NCBI RefSeq assembly: GCF_046119375.1 | Contig: NW_027362765.1 | Location: 63,178,001 to 63,242,000, forward strand | Direction of reading: 5' to 3' | Source: Phyllobates terribilis | Taxonomy: Eukaryota | DNA: 64,000 nt | In this document: piece by piece, positions 25,436-37,109 of the stretch | Layout: each line of letters opens with the position of its first letter | Position numbering within the stretch: the stretch's first letter is position 1 | Notes under the pieces: model-generated | Databases searched by the model: none | What the model saw: the letters and a program-made list of their open reading frames with translations, nothing else | Told to the model about the DNA's origin: nothing | Program-made: the position numbers and the translations under genes

Positions 25436-25694
25436 GGCTTAACAGTGGCTCAGTGGTTAGCACTCTTGCATTGCAGCGCTGGGGTCCTGGGTTCAAATCG
25501 CACCAAGGACGATATCTACAAGGAGTTTGCATGTTCTTCCCGTGTTTGCGTGGGTTTCCTCCGGGTTCTCTGGTTTCCTCCCACACTCCAAAGATCTACT
25601 GATAGGTAATTTAGATTGTGAACCCCACTGGGAACAGCAAAGACAATATCTGTAGAATTAATGTTGCTATATAAGTAAGCATAATAAATAAATA
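25436..25694 (+). mobile_element. tRNA-derived SINE (V-SINE-like)
   Basis: A box tggctcagtgg, B box ggttcaaatc, V-domain-like gagtttgcatgttcttcccgtgtttgcgtgggtttcctccggg, (aata)n tail. Confidence 0.8.
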
Positions 25695-26063
25695 GGTATT
25701 TAGCACTTATATACTTTTATATAAGTACTAAATATATGTACAGTTGTCCTCTGCTGTAATGATAACTCCATTGTCACCCCACAATATTGAATCGTCCTAT
25801 TTCTAACATCTTAAATGCTGCTGGCATCATTGACAGTGGCATCTAAAAGTTAAACTGTTACAATTGAAGTTATACAGCCAGAAATCCCCTCCCTGTACCC
25901 CGCTCTGTACATACAGTGCCACAGGGATAAGACCAAGGAGTCAGATAGTTGCCTCGGCAATTATCATAATCATGTATGGTAGGTCTCTCCATGACCAATG
26001 GCATATTAGATAGAAGACGGGCACCAGAAAACCCCTTTACAATGTAGTTATACTGTATGTATA

Positions 26064-27327
26064 TGTGGCGCCCCTGAGGGTTCAGTCGCCACAGGGGTAC
26101 TGCACCTCAGATTGAGGTGTGGTATCTCCTCTTCCAGGTAAGGATGGAGCATCACTCAGGACCCCACTTCACTACTCAACACTACACCACTCCTGTCCTG
26201 AAGGGGGCCTAAATGCACCAGAGTGCTGCCCCGGCCCGGGATAGAGGAGATGGGGGGGGGGAACCAAAGATAAGGGGAACCTAGTTGTGGGTGAGGGTGG
26301 AGGACACACTTTTAGGAAACACATATAGAATCTATATAATTCACAGCCATCTTAAGTTCAAGGTCTTTTGATTGTGGTCTCCTGTCAGGGTCCAGCAAGA
26401 GTCTGTAGCTGGCTGAAGATTCGCGGTCCTCATACTCTGGCCTTGAGACGAGGTGCGGGTCAGAGTTAACCACTGTCTCTACCCGGTCGGGGTCCTGTTC
26501 TAAGAAGGCCTTGGAGGGGAGCAGAGGAGATAGGCTCCACAGGCAAAAGGATCCCAGGGAGATACGGACGGAGCGGAGTCGCCACCTGTATTCTTCACTC
26601 TGGCCTAGTCAGAGGGATTCCTGCTGCAAGAGGGGTAACCGTCTCCCGATACCTGACTTTGTCACTTTACGTCTCAGTCAGAAAAGCCCGGAGGCTTAGT
26701 GGATCCCAGGGAGATACGGACGGAGCGGAGTCGCCACCTGTATCTCTTAAACTGCGTTTACCCAGTGGGAGCCGGCCTTACACCACGTTCATACCACACA
26801 CAGTCAGGAAAAGACTCAGTGAGAGAACTTACCAAGGAGAGGAACACACACCAGCGGGGTCTCGACAGGTGCTCCTGATCTACCTGGGAAGTGCTGAACC
26901 CCCTTCCCGGTGGCCGCAGTACGCCGTGTGTAGCAGAGAGAAGCTTTGCGGCTGAAAGTTCATCTAAAGTGAGTAAAGACCCGGATGACTTCATTCACCG
27001 CCTCCGCTTGTTTATTCCTGCGCAGTACTGCACCCACCATACTTCCACATGGTCCTCCAACCCACTACGCTGAGGCCTACTCCGCCTGTGGGGAGTAGTA
27101 CCAACTGTGCTGCTAGAACACCGGCCTCAGAGGACTGTCGCAGCGCTGGTGGCCATCACCAGGAACCACAGGTGGCGTAGTCGAACAATCACTCATCCAA
27201 TAGCCCATTATTTTAATGTGACAGCCCTGGGCACGGAACGGGTCGAGGCCACGACTGCATACCCGCAACCTCTACACTGACCCGGCTCCGTGTAACCCCC
27301 ACCGCTCAGGGAGCGCGAGGTGTCACA
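26064..27327. mobile_element. Solo LTR (Gypsy-type), 1264 bp
   Basis: tgtggcgcc...ggtgtcaca (TG..CA) with 4-bp TSD tata; internal about 44-bp duplication (26549 / 26701). Confidence 0.88.
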
Positions 27328-27544
27328 TATATAAATGTGAAATGTTTTCTACAAATCATTGATACAGTGATGCTCAAAAGTTTGTGTAACCTTCATAAAT
27401 TTTCACATTTTTACATTTATTTGACCTAAAATTACATACGATTTTCACGAGTCCTAAAAGTAAAGAGAACATATAAAACAAACGAGTAAAAAAAAATACT
27501 TCTTTGATTACTCCTTTAAGTGAATCTTCTCAAGTGCAGCTTTA

Positions 27545-27833
27545 GGCTGTGTGCACATGACGCGTTTTTGGTGCGTATTTGCAGTGCGTAAACGCTCCTG
27601 AAACGCATTGCATACCTTATCGCATGACTTCCTATGACATTCTGCAAGTTCTGTGCACATGGTCAGGATCTTTTCTGCGCAGATTTTCATTGCAGAAAAA
27701 ATACGGACATGACCAATTCTTGTGCGTTTCGGCATGCGTATTTGTCTATACAATGCATTGGAAAAACGCATGGCAAATATGCATGCAAAAACGCGTCAAA
27801 TACGCGTCAAAAACGCATCGTGGGCACTAAGCC
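27545..27833. mobile_element. Harbinger-type MITE
   Basis: TTA TSD; TIR ggctgtgtgcacatga / ggcttagtgcccacga. Confidence 0.8.
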
Positions 27834-28715
27834 TTACAGTGGCATGCGAAAGTATTCACACACTCCACCCACCCCCCTTGACTTTTTGCCTATTTTGTTA
27901 CATTATAACCTGTGTTTTTAATATTTTTGTAATCCGATTTTATATGTGATGCATCAGCACTAAATAGTCTAAGTTGGTGAAGTGAAGTGAAAAAATATAG
28001 GCATAAATTAAATTTATGGGATTAAATAACTAAAAATTGGATATGCATATATATTCACCCCTTTTGCAATGAAGCACTTAAAATTTCTGGTGCAAGCAAT
28101 TTCCTTCATAAGTGACATGCTTAGAAAAAGGAAGTCCACCTGTGTGCAATCTATGTGTCACATGGTCTGTCAGTATATACACACCTTTTCTGAATGGCCA
28201 TATAAGCTGCAATACCATTAATCAAGGGGCACCACTAACCAAACACTACCATGAAGACCAAAGAGATCTACAAACAAGTCAGGGACAAAGTTGTTGAGAA
28301 CTATGTCAGGGTTGGGTTATAAAAAAAATATCCCAATCTCTGATGATCCCCTTGGGCACCATCAAATCCGTTATCATCAAATGGAAAGAACATGGTATCA
28401 CAACAAACCTGCCAAGAGAGGGCCGCCCACTAAAACTCTTAGCCCGGGATAGGAGGGCATTAATCAGAGAGGCAGCACAGAGACCAAAGGTAACCCTGAA
28501 TAAGCTGCAGAGTTCCGAAGCAGAGTCTGGAGTATCTGTCCATACGACCACAATATGCCGTAAACTCCATAGAGGTGGCCTTCATGGAAGAGTGAGCAGA
28601 AAAAAGCCTTTATTTATACAAAAAAATTGTAAGGCTCGTTTTGAGTTTGCCAAAAGACATGTGGGAGGCTCCTCAAATGAATGGAGGAAGGTGCTATGGT
28701 CAGATGAGACCAAAA

Positions 28716-29268
28716 GTGACGCTATAGGTGCTACAGGGTCCCGGTTAAGTTAAACAAAATGTTCCCCTCTATTGACCCTAAGTATTGGAGATGTGGATCA
28801 GGCGAGGGAGATTTCCTTCATATCTACTGGTCCTGTCCAGTTTTACAACCATTCTGGACTAAAGTGAAAAGCATTATCAGGTCGATTACAGGCATTTCAC
28901 CTGAAATGGGTCCTGAACTATTCCTTCTACAGCTTTGTGAGACTTCTGTTTCCCTATTAAGATTTTTGGTGCTGGCTGCCAGAGCTTGTATTCTGTTGTT
29001 ATGGAAGAAAGTTAATCCACCTAGCCCGTCCCTCTGGATTTATAAGGTCAATGATTTAATGTACATGGAGGATTTGACAGCTTCTCTCTACAGTAGATAT
29101 GAGGTCTTTTATAAAATGTGGTTCTATTGGATGGAATTTAAGCAATCTAATGAATATGAAAGCCTTGTGCAGCTTGACTCTCAGACTTGATTGCCATTGG
29201 GGGATTTTTGTTCGAATGGTTGTCTGGACTGGGGTGGGATTTTTTCCTTTTTTTTTTCTCCCCTTGTA
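28716..29268 (+). mobile_element. L1-clade LINE 3' fragment (ORF2 C-terminal Cys/His domain plus 3' UTR)
   Basis: ORF 28759-29190, WRCGSGEGDFLHIYWSCPVLQPFW; replaces part of the Tc1 transposase right after the DETK codons. Confidence 0.82.
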
Positions 29269-30006
29269 GGGGAGAAATGGTCGAGTGGAAGATGGATGGT
29301 ACGTGCAAAATGCAGGGCTATTCTCGAGCAAAACCTGATTCAGTCTGTCAGTGATTTGAGACTGGGACGGAGGTTCACCTTCCAACAAGACAATGACCAA
29401 AGCACAAAGTACTACTAAAGCAACATTCGAGTGGATTAAGGTAAAACGTGTAAATGTTTAGTCAAAACCCAGACCTTAATCCAATTGAGAATGTGTGGTC
29501 AGACTTGAAGATTGCTGTTTACCAAAGGAAACCATCTAACTTAAAGGAGCTGGAGTAGTTTTGCCTTGAGAAATGGGCAAAAATCCCAGTGGCAAGATGT
29601 GGAAAGCTCATAGAGACTTATCCAAATCGGCTTGCAGCTGTAATTGCCGTAAAAGTAGGCTCTACAAAGTACTGACTTTAGATGGAGGGGTGAATGATTA
29701 TGCACACTGAAGTTTTCAGTTATTTTGTCATATTTATTGTTTGCTTCACAAAAAAAAAACAGAAAACCAAATGTTCACAGTTGTAGGCATGCTCTTTACA
29801 TGAACTGATGCAAACCGTCAAAAAAAAAACACTGGAATTCTAGGTTGTGAAAAACAAGAAAAATGCCAAGGTGGTGAATACTTTTGCAAGTGTGAGGCAG
29901 TGACTGGGATCGTATACGAGGGACATTATATATCCCCCAGAATGTGTACAGAGACCTATTAAATCCATTGGAGTGCATTGCAGTCACAAACACAGCTGCG
30001 CTGTAA

Positions 30007-30648
30007 GGCTGTGTGCCCACGATGCGTTTTTTAAGCGTTTCCGCAGCGGCAAAAAAGCTGCAGAAACGCTTTAAAAAACGCATGGTAGAAGGCCTGCCAT
30101 GTTCCCCAATGATAATCCGCATGTGCTGTGCACATGCTGCGGAAATTTCCGCTGTGGATTATCATTGCAGAAAAAAACGCAGCACTACCAATTATTTTGC
30201 GGAAGCGCTGCGTTTTCGCCGCCATTGACTTGCATTAGAATGCATGTATTCCGCTTCACTAGATAAGCACATGCGGAATACATGCGTTTCAATGTGCGGA
30301 TGGTACCCGGGTCTAGAGGACAGGAGACTCTCCTCCGGACCCGGGTACCATAGAAACTGTAAAAAAAAAAAAAGAAGAATAAATATTATATTTACCATCT
30401 GATGGCCCCTGCTGCGCTCGTCCTCCCTTGCAAGCAGATCGCGATGGACTGGAGGACCTGCGCTGACGTCATAGTCATGTGACGGGTCACGCGACGCTGA
30501 CGTCGGCCGGTCCTTCAGTGTACCGCGATCTGCCGGCAGCCAGGAAGGAGCGAAGCAAGACTGCGGGGGCCATCGGAAGGTAAGTATAGATTTATTTTTA
30601 AACATTCTTTCAGTCACAGTATATAAATCCATGCCAGTTGCATGGGAA
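30007..30648. mobile_element. Harbinger-type MITE (same family as 23576-24455), 3'-truncated, inside the 5' LTR
   Basis: TAA followed by ggctgtgtgcccacgatgc; homology stops in the central hairpin, then LTR sequence resumes. Confidence 0.88.
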
Positions 30649-30817
30649 GGCTCTGCACCCGTCAGGCTCTGAGCAGCCCGGTAACCGTTGTTATGGACTT
30701 ATGTTAACCCGGCTGCGAACTAGAGGACTTTCTGTTTTATCCGTGAGTGCTGAATAAAAGCTGCTTAAGTTGGACTGCCTCAGTTACTGCATGGTGTGAA
30801 CACCGCCACCTTACAGC

Positions 30818-31546
30818 TTGGTGGAGAATGCGGGCAATGTGACTGAGGCATACCCCACCGGAAGCTGCATGGCCACAATCTGGCCAGCCACCTTTCAGCC
30901 CAACCCCGTGGACAAAATGGAGGAGCTGTTAAGGCAATTGGTCCTCACGCAGCGGCAGCAGCAGGAGCAGTTCACACAGCAGCTGGAGCAGCTCAAGCAG
31001 CAGCTGCACACCAATGAGCTGATTGTGCAGCAACTCACAGCCCTGCGGGAGACGCCGAAGGCACCAGTCCCGGAACATCGAGAGGCCCGGGACAAGGTTC
31101 GCTCAGCATTAAGGAAGATGGGGCCGGAGGACGAGGTGGAAGCCTTCCTGTCCATCTACGAACGTACAGCAGAGCGGGAAAACCCACCAGCCGGCCAGTG
31201 GGCGGAAGTGGTGGCCTACTTCGACCTCAGTAGGAAGGACGCCCAGGACTACCAGGTGCTCAAAGGTGAGATCCTTGCCCGACTGGGGGTCATTACATAT
31301 GTGAGGACTCAGCGCGTATTTTCATGGGCCTATGTGGAGACCCGATCCGCCCGTTCTCAGGCTTATGACTTTCTGCAGCTGGTAAAGAGGTGGCTCCAGC
31401 CTGAGAATTTGGCTGCAGCCCAGATGGTGGAGAGGGTGGTGGTTGACCGGCTGGTGAGGACTCTGCCGGCCACTATCCAACATTGGGTGGGGCAAGGGGA
31501 CCCCGGCACACTCGACCAGGTGGTCAGCCTGATCGAGCGCTACTAG
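30818..31546 (+). pseudogene. Gypsy gag with SCAN-like capsid C-terminal domain
   Basis: KMGPEDEVEAFLSIYER..LVKRWLQPE..QMVERVVVDRLVRTLP..IQHWV..P.TLDQVVSLIERY resembles the SCAN / Gmr1 capsid pattern; ends at a premature TAG before the zinc knuckle. Confidence 0.78.
30819..30836 (+). promoter_or_regulatory. Primer-binding site, tRNA-Ala(AGC)-complementary
   Basis: TGGTGGAGAATGCGGGCA is the complement of the vertebrate tRNA-Ala 3' end TGCCCGCATTCTCCACCA (recalled); it starts 4 nt after the LTR end ttaca. Confidence 0.8.
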
Positions 31547-34500
31547 GCCACTCAGGACTTTATCCGGGACTCTGCCCCATCGCGGCTGTCACGTCAATCC
31601 CTGCCAACCCAGGAACCGGGAAAGGGGTCGCGTCCCTCTGCTAAGGTCAGTCAGCACCGTACCCGTGCTGAAGGGGAACCCCGGAGTGAGAGTGGCGGGA
31701 GACCGGTTCCCTCCCAAACTGTCACAAGAACTAACCATGCCTCCCCCATTAGGTGCTGGCAGTGTCAGGGGCCGGGACATGTGGTTGCTAATTGCTCCCT
31801 GACTACAGAGCCCATGGACTGTGGGTATAACCGCCGGGTCTCAATGTACGCCCAGATTGTCTGCACTGCGAGCGCCGACCCCCCGGACAGTGAACCCCAA
31901 CTGTGCTAGGTACTGGTTAATGGGTACCCCACAGAGGCTCTCCTGGATTCGGGGAGCCTAGTGACTTTGGTACATGGGTCGCTGGTGGCAGGAGACAACC
32001 CCAGTGGACGGACAGTCGGGGTTGTGTGTAATTATGGGGACCTCTGAGAGTACCCAACCGCGGAGGTAGTTTTGTCCACGCCATGTGGAGACATAAAACA
32101 TGTGGTGGGGGTGGTAAAAACTCTTCCCTATGGGACTGTGTTGGGAAGAGACTTGCCCCTTTTCTGGACTCTGTGGAAAAACAAAATCCATTCTCCCCCC
32201 GGTAAACGTTATTACGGGCGCTGTACCCGAAGAACCCGAGTCAAGGGTACCTGCCGTAGGGGTGTCCAACCTAGGGACAGAGTGTGACCCCGATAGGTTT
32301 CCTCTAGAGGTGCTGGCAGGAGAGATCGAGGAGACTCCATCGATCCACGAGCTGGAAGTGTCCCGGAGCACGTTTGGGACAGCTCAGCTACAGGATCCCA
32401 CTCTGACTCGGGCGTGGGAAAGTGTGTTAGAGGTAAATGGCGTAGCTCAACAGCCTGGTGCAGATACTGTGTTTCCACGCATGATGGTCAACAAGGAGTT
32501 GCTCTATAGGGTAGACAAAATCAGGGACGAGGTCGTGGAACAGTTAGTGGTACCTCAGTCGTACCGTCGGGCGGTCCTGGAGATGGCACACACATCTGCT
32601 GGGTGGACACTTAGGGGTTAAAAAGATGCAAGAGCATATCTTGCGGTTGTTCTTTTGGCCCGGGATTTACCTGGAGGTCTAAAAGTACTGCGAATCCTGC
32701 CCCGAGTGTCAGCTGACCACCCCCACCGTAAGCTTCCGTAGCCCATTGGTACCTCTGCCAGTGATAGAAGTACCTTTTGAACGGATTGCAATGGACTTGG
32801 CAGGACCCATTGTAAAATCCGCTCGTGGCCACCATATACTTGTAGTCGTCGATTATGTCACCCGGTACCCGGAGGCTATACCGCTGCGCCACACCTCGGT
32901 GAAACTGATTGCACGGGAGCTGTTTGCCATGTTCTGTCACCTTGGGCTACCTAAGGAGATCCTGACAGATCAAGGGACCCCTTTTATGTCCAAGGTGACG
33001 AGGGAACTGTGCAAACTGCTGAGAATAAAACAATTGCGCAGCTCGGTGTACCACCCTCAAACCGACGGGCTTGTAGAACGGTTCAATAAAACCCTCAAGT
33101 CCATGTTAAAAAAGGTGGTTTCTAAGGATGGAAGGGATTGAAACATGTTGCTACCCTGTTTGATGTTTGCCGTCCGTGAGGTGCCCCAGGCTTCCACAGG
33201 GTTCTCTCCCTTTGAGTTATTGTACGGCAGACACCCTAGGGGTCTGTTGGACGTAGCCAAAGAGACGTGGGAACAAGAGCCGACTCCACATAGGAGTATA
33301 ATTGAACACATGGCTAGTATGCAGGACCGGATGGCGGCGGTCATGTCCATCGTGAAAGAACATTTGTTAGATGCCCAGGCAGCCCAGAGGCGCACATATA
33401 ATAAAAGAGGCAAGGTCAGGTCTTTTAACAAGGGCGATCGGGTGTTAGTACTGGTACCCACAGCCGAGAGTAAGCTCATGGCCAAGTGGCAAGGGCCATA
33501 TGAGGTTCGAGAAAAGGTAGGGGAGGTAAATTACCGGGTGTATCAGCCCTGAAGGAGGAAACCGGAGCAGCTTTATCATGTAAACCTGCTAAAACCTTGG
33601 AAAGATCGAGAGTGTTTAGTTACTGACGTCACTCCGGGCATGCCGTCAGAGAGTTCCCTACCCTCAGCCAGGGATGCGTCCGGGGGAGAGGTCAGGATAA
33701 GTGATGCTCTCATTAAACAGCAGTGACGGGAGGCTCGCTCGCTGGTGCAGCAGAATACCGACGTATTCTCAGAGCTTCCGGGTAGGACTATGGTTCTCCA
33801 ACATGACATTGTCACCGAACCTGGGGTAAGGGTATGAATGAGACCATACCGGGTACCCGAAACCCGGAGGCAAGTCATCACGGCTGAAGTATAACAAATG
33901 CTCCAGTTAGGCATCATCGAGGAATCACAGAGTGAGTGGGCTAGCCCCATCGTACTGATTCTGAAACCAGACAGATCGTTACGCTTCTGTAACGATTTTC
34001 GGAAATTAAATGAAGTGTTGAAGTTTGACCTTTATCCAATGCCCAGGGTAAATGAGATGATTGAGAGACTGGGGCAGGCCCAGTACTTTACCACACTTGA
34101 TCTCACCAAGGGTTACTGGAAGGTACTTCTCACGAAATCGGCGAAGGAAAAGACAGCCTTCATAACTCCGGAGGGTCTATATCACTATGTGGTCTTACCT
34201 TTTGGGTTACATGGGGCCCCTGCTACATTCCAGAGAATGATGAACATAGTGCTCAAGCCTCATCAGGAGTACGCGTCCGCGTATCTAGATGATATTATCA
34301 TCTTTAGCACCGACTGGCATACGCGCACCTATCCCAGGTACAAGCGGTGCTGGATTCTCTCAGAGCCATGGGGTTAATGGCAAACCCAAAAAATTGTGCG
34401 ATAGGGCTAGAGGAAGCCCGATATTTGGGGTATGTGATTGGCCGAGGAGTTATCAAGCCCCAAATCAATAAAGTTGAGGCCATTAAAAACTGGCCTAAAC

Positions 34501-35597
34501 CGTTAAGTACAAAACAGATGAAGGCGTTCCTTGGCATCCTTGGGTATTACCTAATTTTGCTGGGAGAACAGCGGCCCTGACCGATCTCTTGAAAGGAAAA
34601 AAATTGGTAATGGTTCAGTGGAACCCTCAGGCAGAAGAAGCTTTTCAGTCCATGAAATTGGCCCTGTATGGACAGCCGGTCCTCATCAGCCCCAACTTCA
34701 AGGAAACCTTCATTGTACAGACAGATACCTCGGAGGTAGGCCTCGGGGCGGTATTGTCACAAAAAGTGAATGGTGAAGAGCACCCGGTCACCTACTTGAG
34801 TAGGAAGCTTATACCGGCAGAGAAAAACTATAGCGTGGTAGAGAAGAAGTGTTTGGCTATTAAGTCGGCCTTGGAATCGCTACGTTATTATTTACTTGGG
34901 CGTCAGTTCCACTTGGTGATGGACCACTCACCCTTGGTATGGATGAGGAACGCCAAGGAGAGGAATGCGCCAGTCACCAGGTGGTTTCTGTCACTGCAAA
35001 ATTTCAGTTTCTCTGTAGAACATCGCCCTGGGAAGTCGCAGGCAAACGCGGATGCCCTGTCCCGGGCACCCTGTATGGAGAAAAAAATGTTCAACCCCAC
35101 AAGTTTGAACAGAGGGAGGGGATATGTAAGGCAGTGACCGGGATCGTATACGAGGGATGTTATATATCCCCCAGAATGTGTATAGAGACCTATTAAATCC
35201 ATTGGAGTGCATTGCAGTCACAAACACAGCTGCGGCTGCAATGCAGGAATGAAGGTGAGCATTGACCTGGTCAGGCTATCTGGCTAAGACTGATTAAGTA
35301 AAACCCAGCAGGGCCTTCATTTCTTGGGGGAGGCTACAGGAAGGCAGTGGGGCGGCCTCCTTCCTCCAACCCGGGTTTTCCAGTGGCTCTTGCCACAGGT
35401 CCTTTAAAAACCCTGCATTAAGGATTAGTGTTGTTCAGTGTTGGGACCTGCTAGGAACATAGCAGGAAAGCTTGGCGGGCCTGTGTGTAGCTGAACCTAC
35501 GCCTGGGAAGGCTCTGCACCCATCAGGCTCTAAGCGGCCCGGCGCCACTGTAAGTGCACATAAGGAATATACCAGAAATGTCTCAGAAGTGGCCAGG

Positions 35598-36344
35598 TGG
35601 TATTACTCACTGATCGGCATGTGCTACATCTGTCAAATGTGAATATCTCTCTTGAATATCTTGAATATCTCTCTTGATTTCACAAGATTTCAAGTTTGCC
35701 TTTTATTAATTGTTCCTGTGTTTGTTTCTAAATGTTCAAAGTTTTCTTTCACTTGATGTTTTATGGTCTTTTTCTGCCCAGTATGGGTGTTTGTGTATCT
35801 TGCATAGTAATGCCTACTGTGGTCTCTTGCTAAATGCTTAATTATTCAACAAGGCAAATTGGTCCTACATCCCAGCAGACACTTCCGATATATTCAAATC
35901 TGGCTTAGGGAAAGCACGTGTGCCATATATGTCTAAGTGCATTATTTTCGAAGTGTCTCGCCAGTTAAACATGGCATGTGGACAGGGTAGGAGACAGGTA
36001 AGCTATGCCAGATATTTAAACAAACATGCTTCTTGTTCATATGTATTGCAATTTATTTTTCATATTTCTTTACTTCATACTGTATGTTTTAGCTGCTGCT
36101 TTCTTTCACCTCTACCGCCCTTTTACACATTCACTACTCTCTCCACATCAGTCCCTACCTTCTCACCTCTTCCATGTACAACACTGAGAGTCTACTGACA
36201 TTTCTCAATCACTCCAAACCATCCACTACCACCATACAGCGCACAAAAAGCTCACACAAATCATTGAACCATCTGTTTTTTTCTTCTTATCCTAACAGCT
36301 CGCGACATCTCTCCTAATCCCTACCCTCCTTCCACTAGTATATA
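35598..36344. repeat. Paralogous copy of 6555-7295 (downstream flank of the ZNF gene plus start of the L2)
   Basis: Colinear similarity, e.g. gatttcacaagatttcaagtttgcc..gttttctttcacttgatg..tcacacaaatcattga..cttccactagtatata. Confidence 0.9.
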
Positions 36345-37100
36345 CAGGTGCTTCTCACAAAATTAGAATATTATCAAAAAGTTAATTTATTTCATTTCTT
36401 CAATACAAAAAGTGAAACTCATATATAGAGTCATTACAAACAGAGTGATCTATATCAAGAGTTTATTTCTGTTAATGTTGATGAGTATGGATTACAGACA
36501 ATGAAAACACAAATGTCATTATCTCAGTAAATTAGAATAATTAACAAAAAATACCTTCAAAGGCTTCCGATGGGTTTAAAAAGGTCCCTTAGTCTGTTTC
36601 AGTAGGCTCCACAATCATGGGGAAGACTGCTGACTTGACAGATGTGCAGAAGGCAGTCATTGACACTCCACAAGGAGGGTAAACCGCAAAAGGTCATTGC
36701 TAAAGAAGCTGGCTGTTCACATAGTACTGTATCCAAGCATATTAATGGAAAATGAGTGGAAGGAAAAAGTGTGGTAGAAAAAGGTGCACAAGCAATCGGG
36801 ATAACCGCAGCCTTGAAAGGATTGTTAAGAAAAGGCCATTCAAAAATTTGAGGGAGATTCACAAGGAGTGGACTACTGCTGGAGTCATTGTTTCAAGAGC
36901 CACCACATACAGACGTATCCAGGACATGGGCTACAAGTATCGTATTCCTTGTGTCAAGCCACTCATGACCAATAGACAAGAAGCATCTTACCTGGGCCAA
37001 GGAGAAAAAGACCCGGACTGTTGCTCAGTGGTCCAAGGTGTTATTTTCAGATGAAAGTAAATTTTGCATTTCATTTGGAAATCAAGGTCCCAATTCTGGA
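36345..37100 (+). mobile_element. Tc1 transposon, 5' half
   Basis: TA-caggtgcttctcacaaaattagaat TIR; MGKTADLT..GRKRCTSNRD..VLFSDESKFCISFGNQGP; truncated. Confidence 0.85.
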
Positions 37101-37109
37101 ATTATCAGA

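Larger units (their letters stand above)
29891..35542 (+). mobile_element. Gmr1-like Gypsy LTR retrotransposon (SCAN-like gag; pol order PR-INT-RT-RH), decayed
   Basis: 5' LTR 29891-30815, 3' LTR 35125-35542 (truncated). PBS tggtggagaatgcgggca (30819-36); PPT at 35110-35122. Gag 30818-31546, CCHC knuckle 31754-95, protease LDSG 31943, integrase 32600-33550, RT (YLDD) 33850-34400, RNase H 34589-35137. Confidence 0.93.
27837..35550 (+). mobile_element. Tc1 (Passport-like) transposon hosting L1 and Gypsy insertions
   Basis: TA-cagtggcatgcgaaagtattc left end. Transposase MKTKEI.KQVRDKV..WSDETK / FTFQQDND. The right TIR gtgaatacttttgcaag (to 29890) is split from gccactg-TA (35544-35552) by the Gypsy element. 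Confidence 0.88.

Noticed and set aside
25436-25505. tRNA gene
   Set aside because: It has A and B boxes but no complete cloverleaf, and it continues into a V-domain-like body and A-rich tail, so it is a SINE head.
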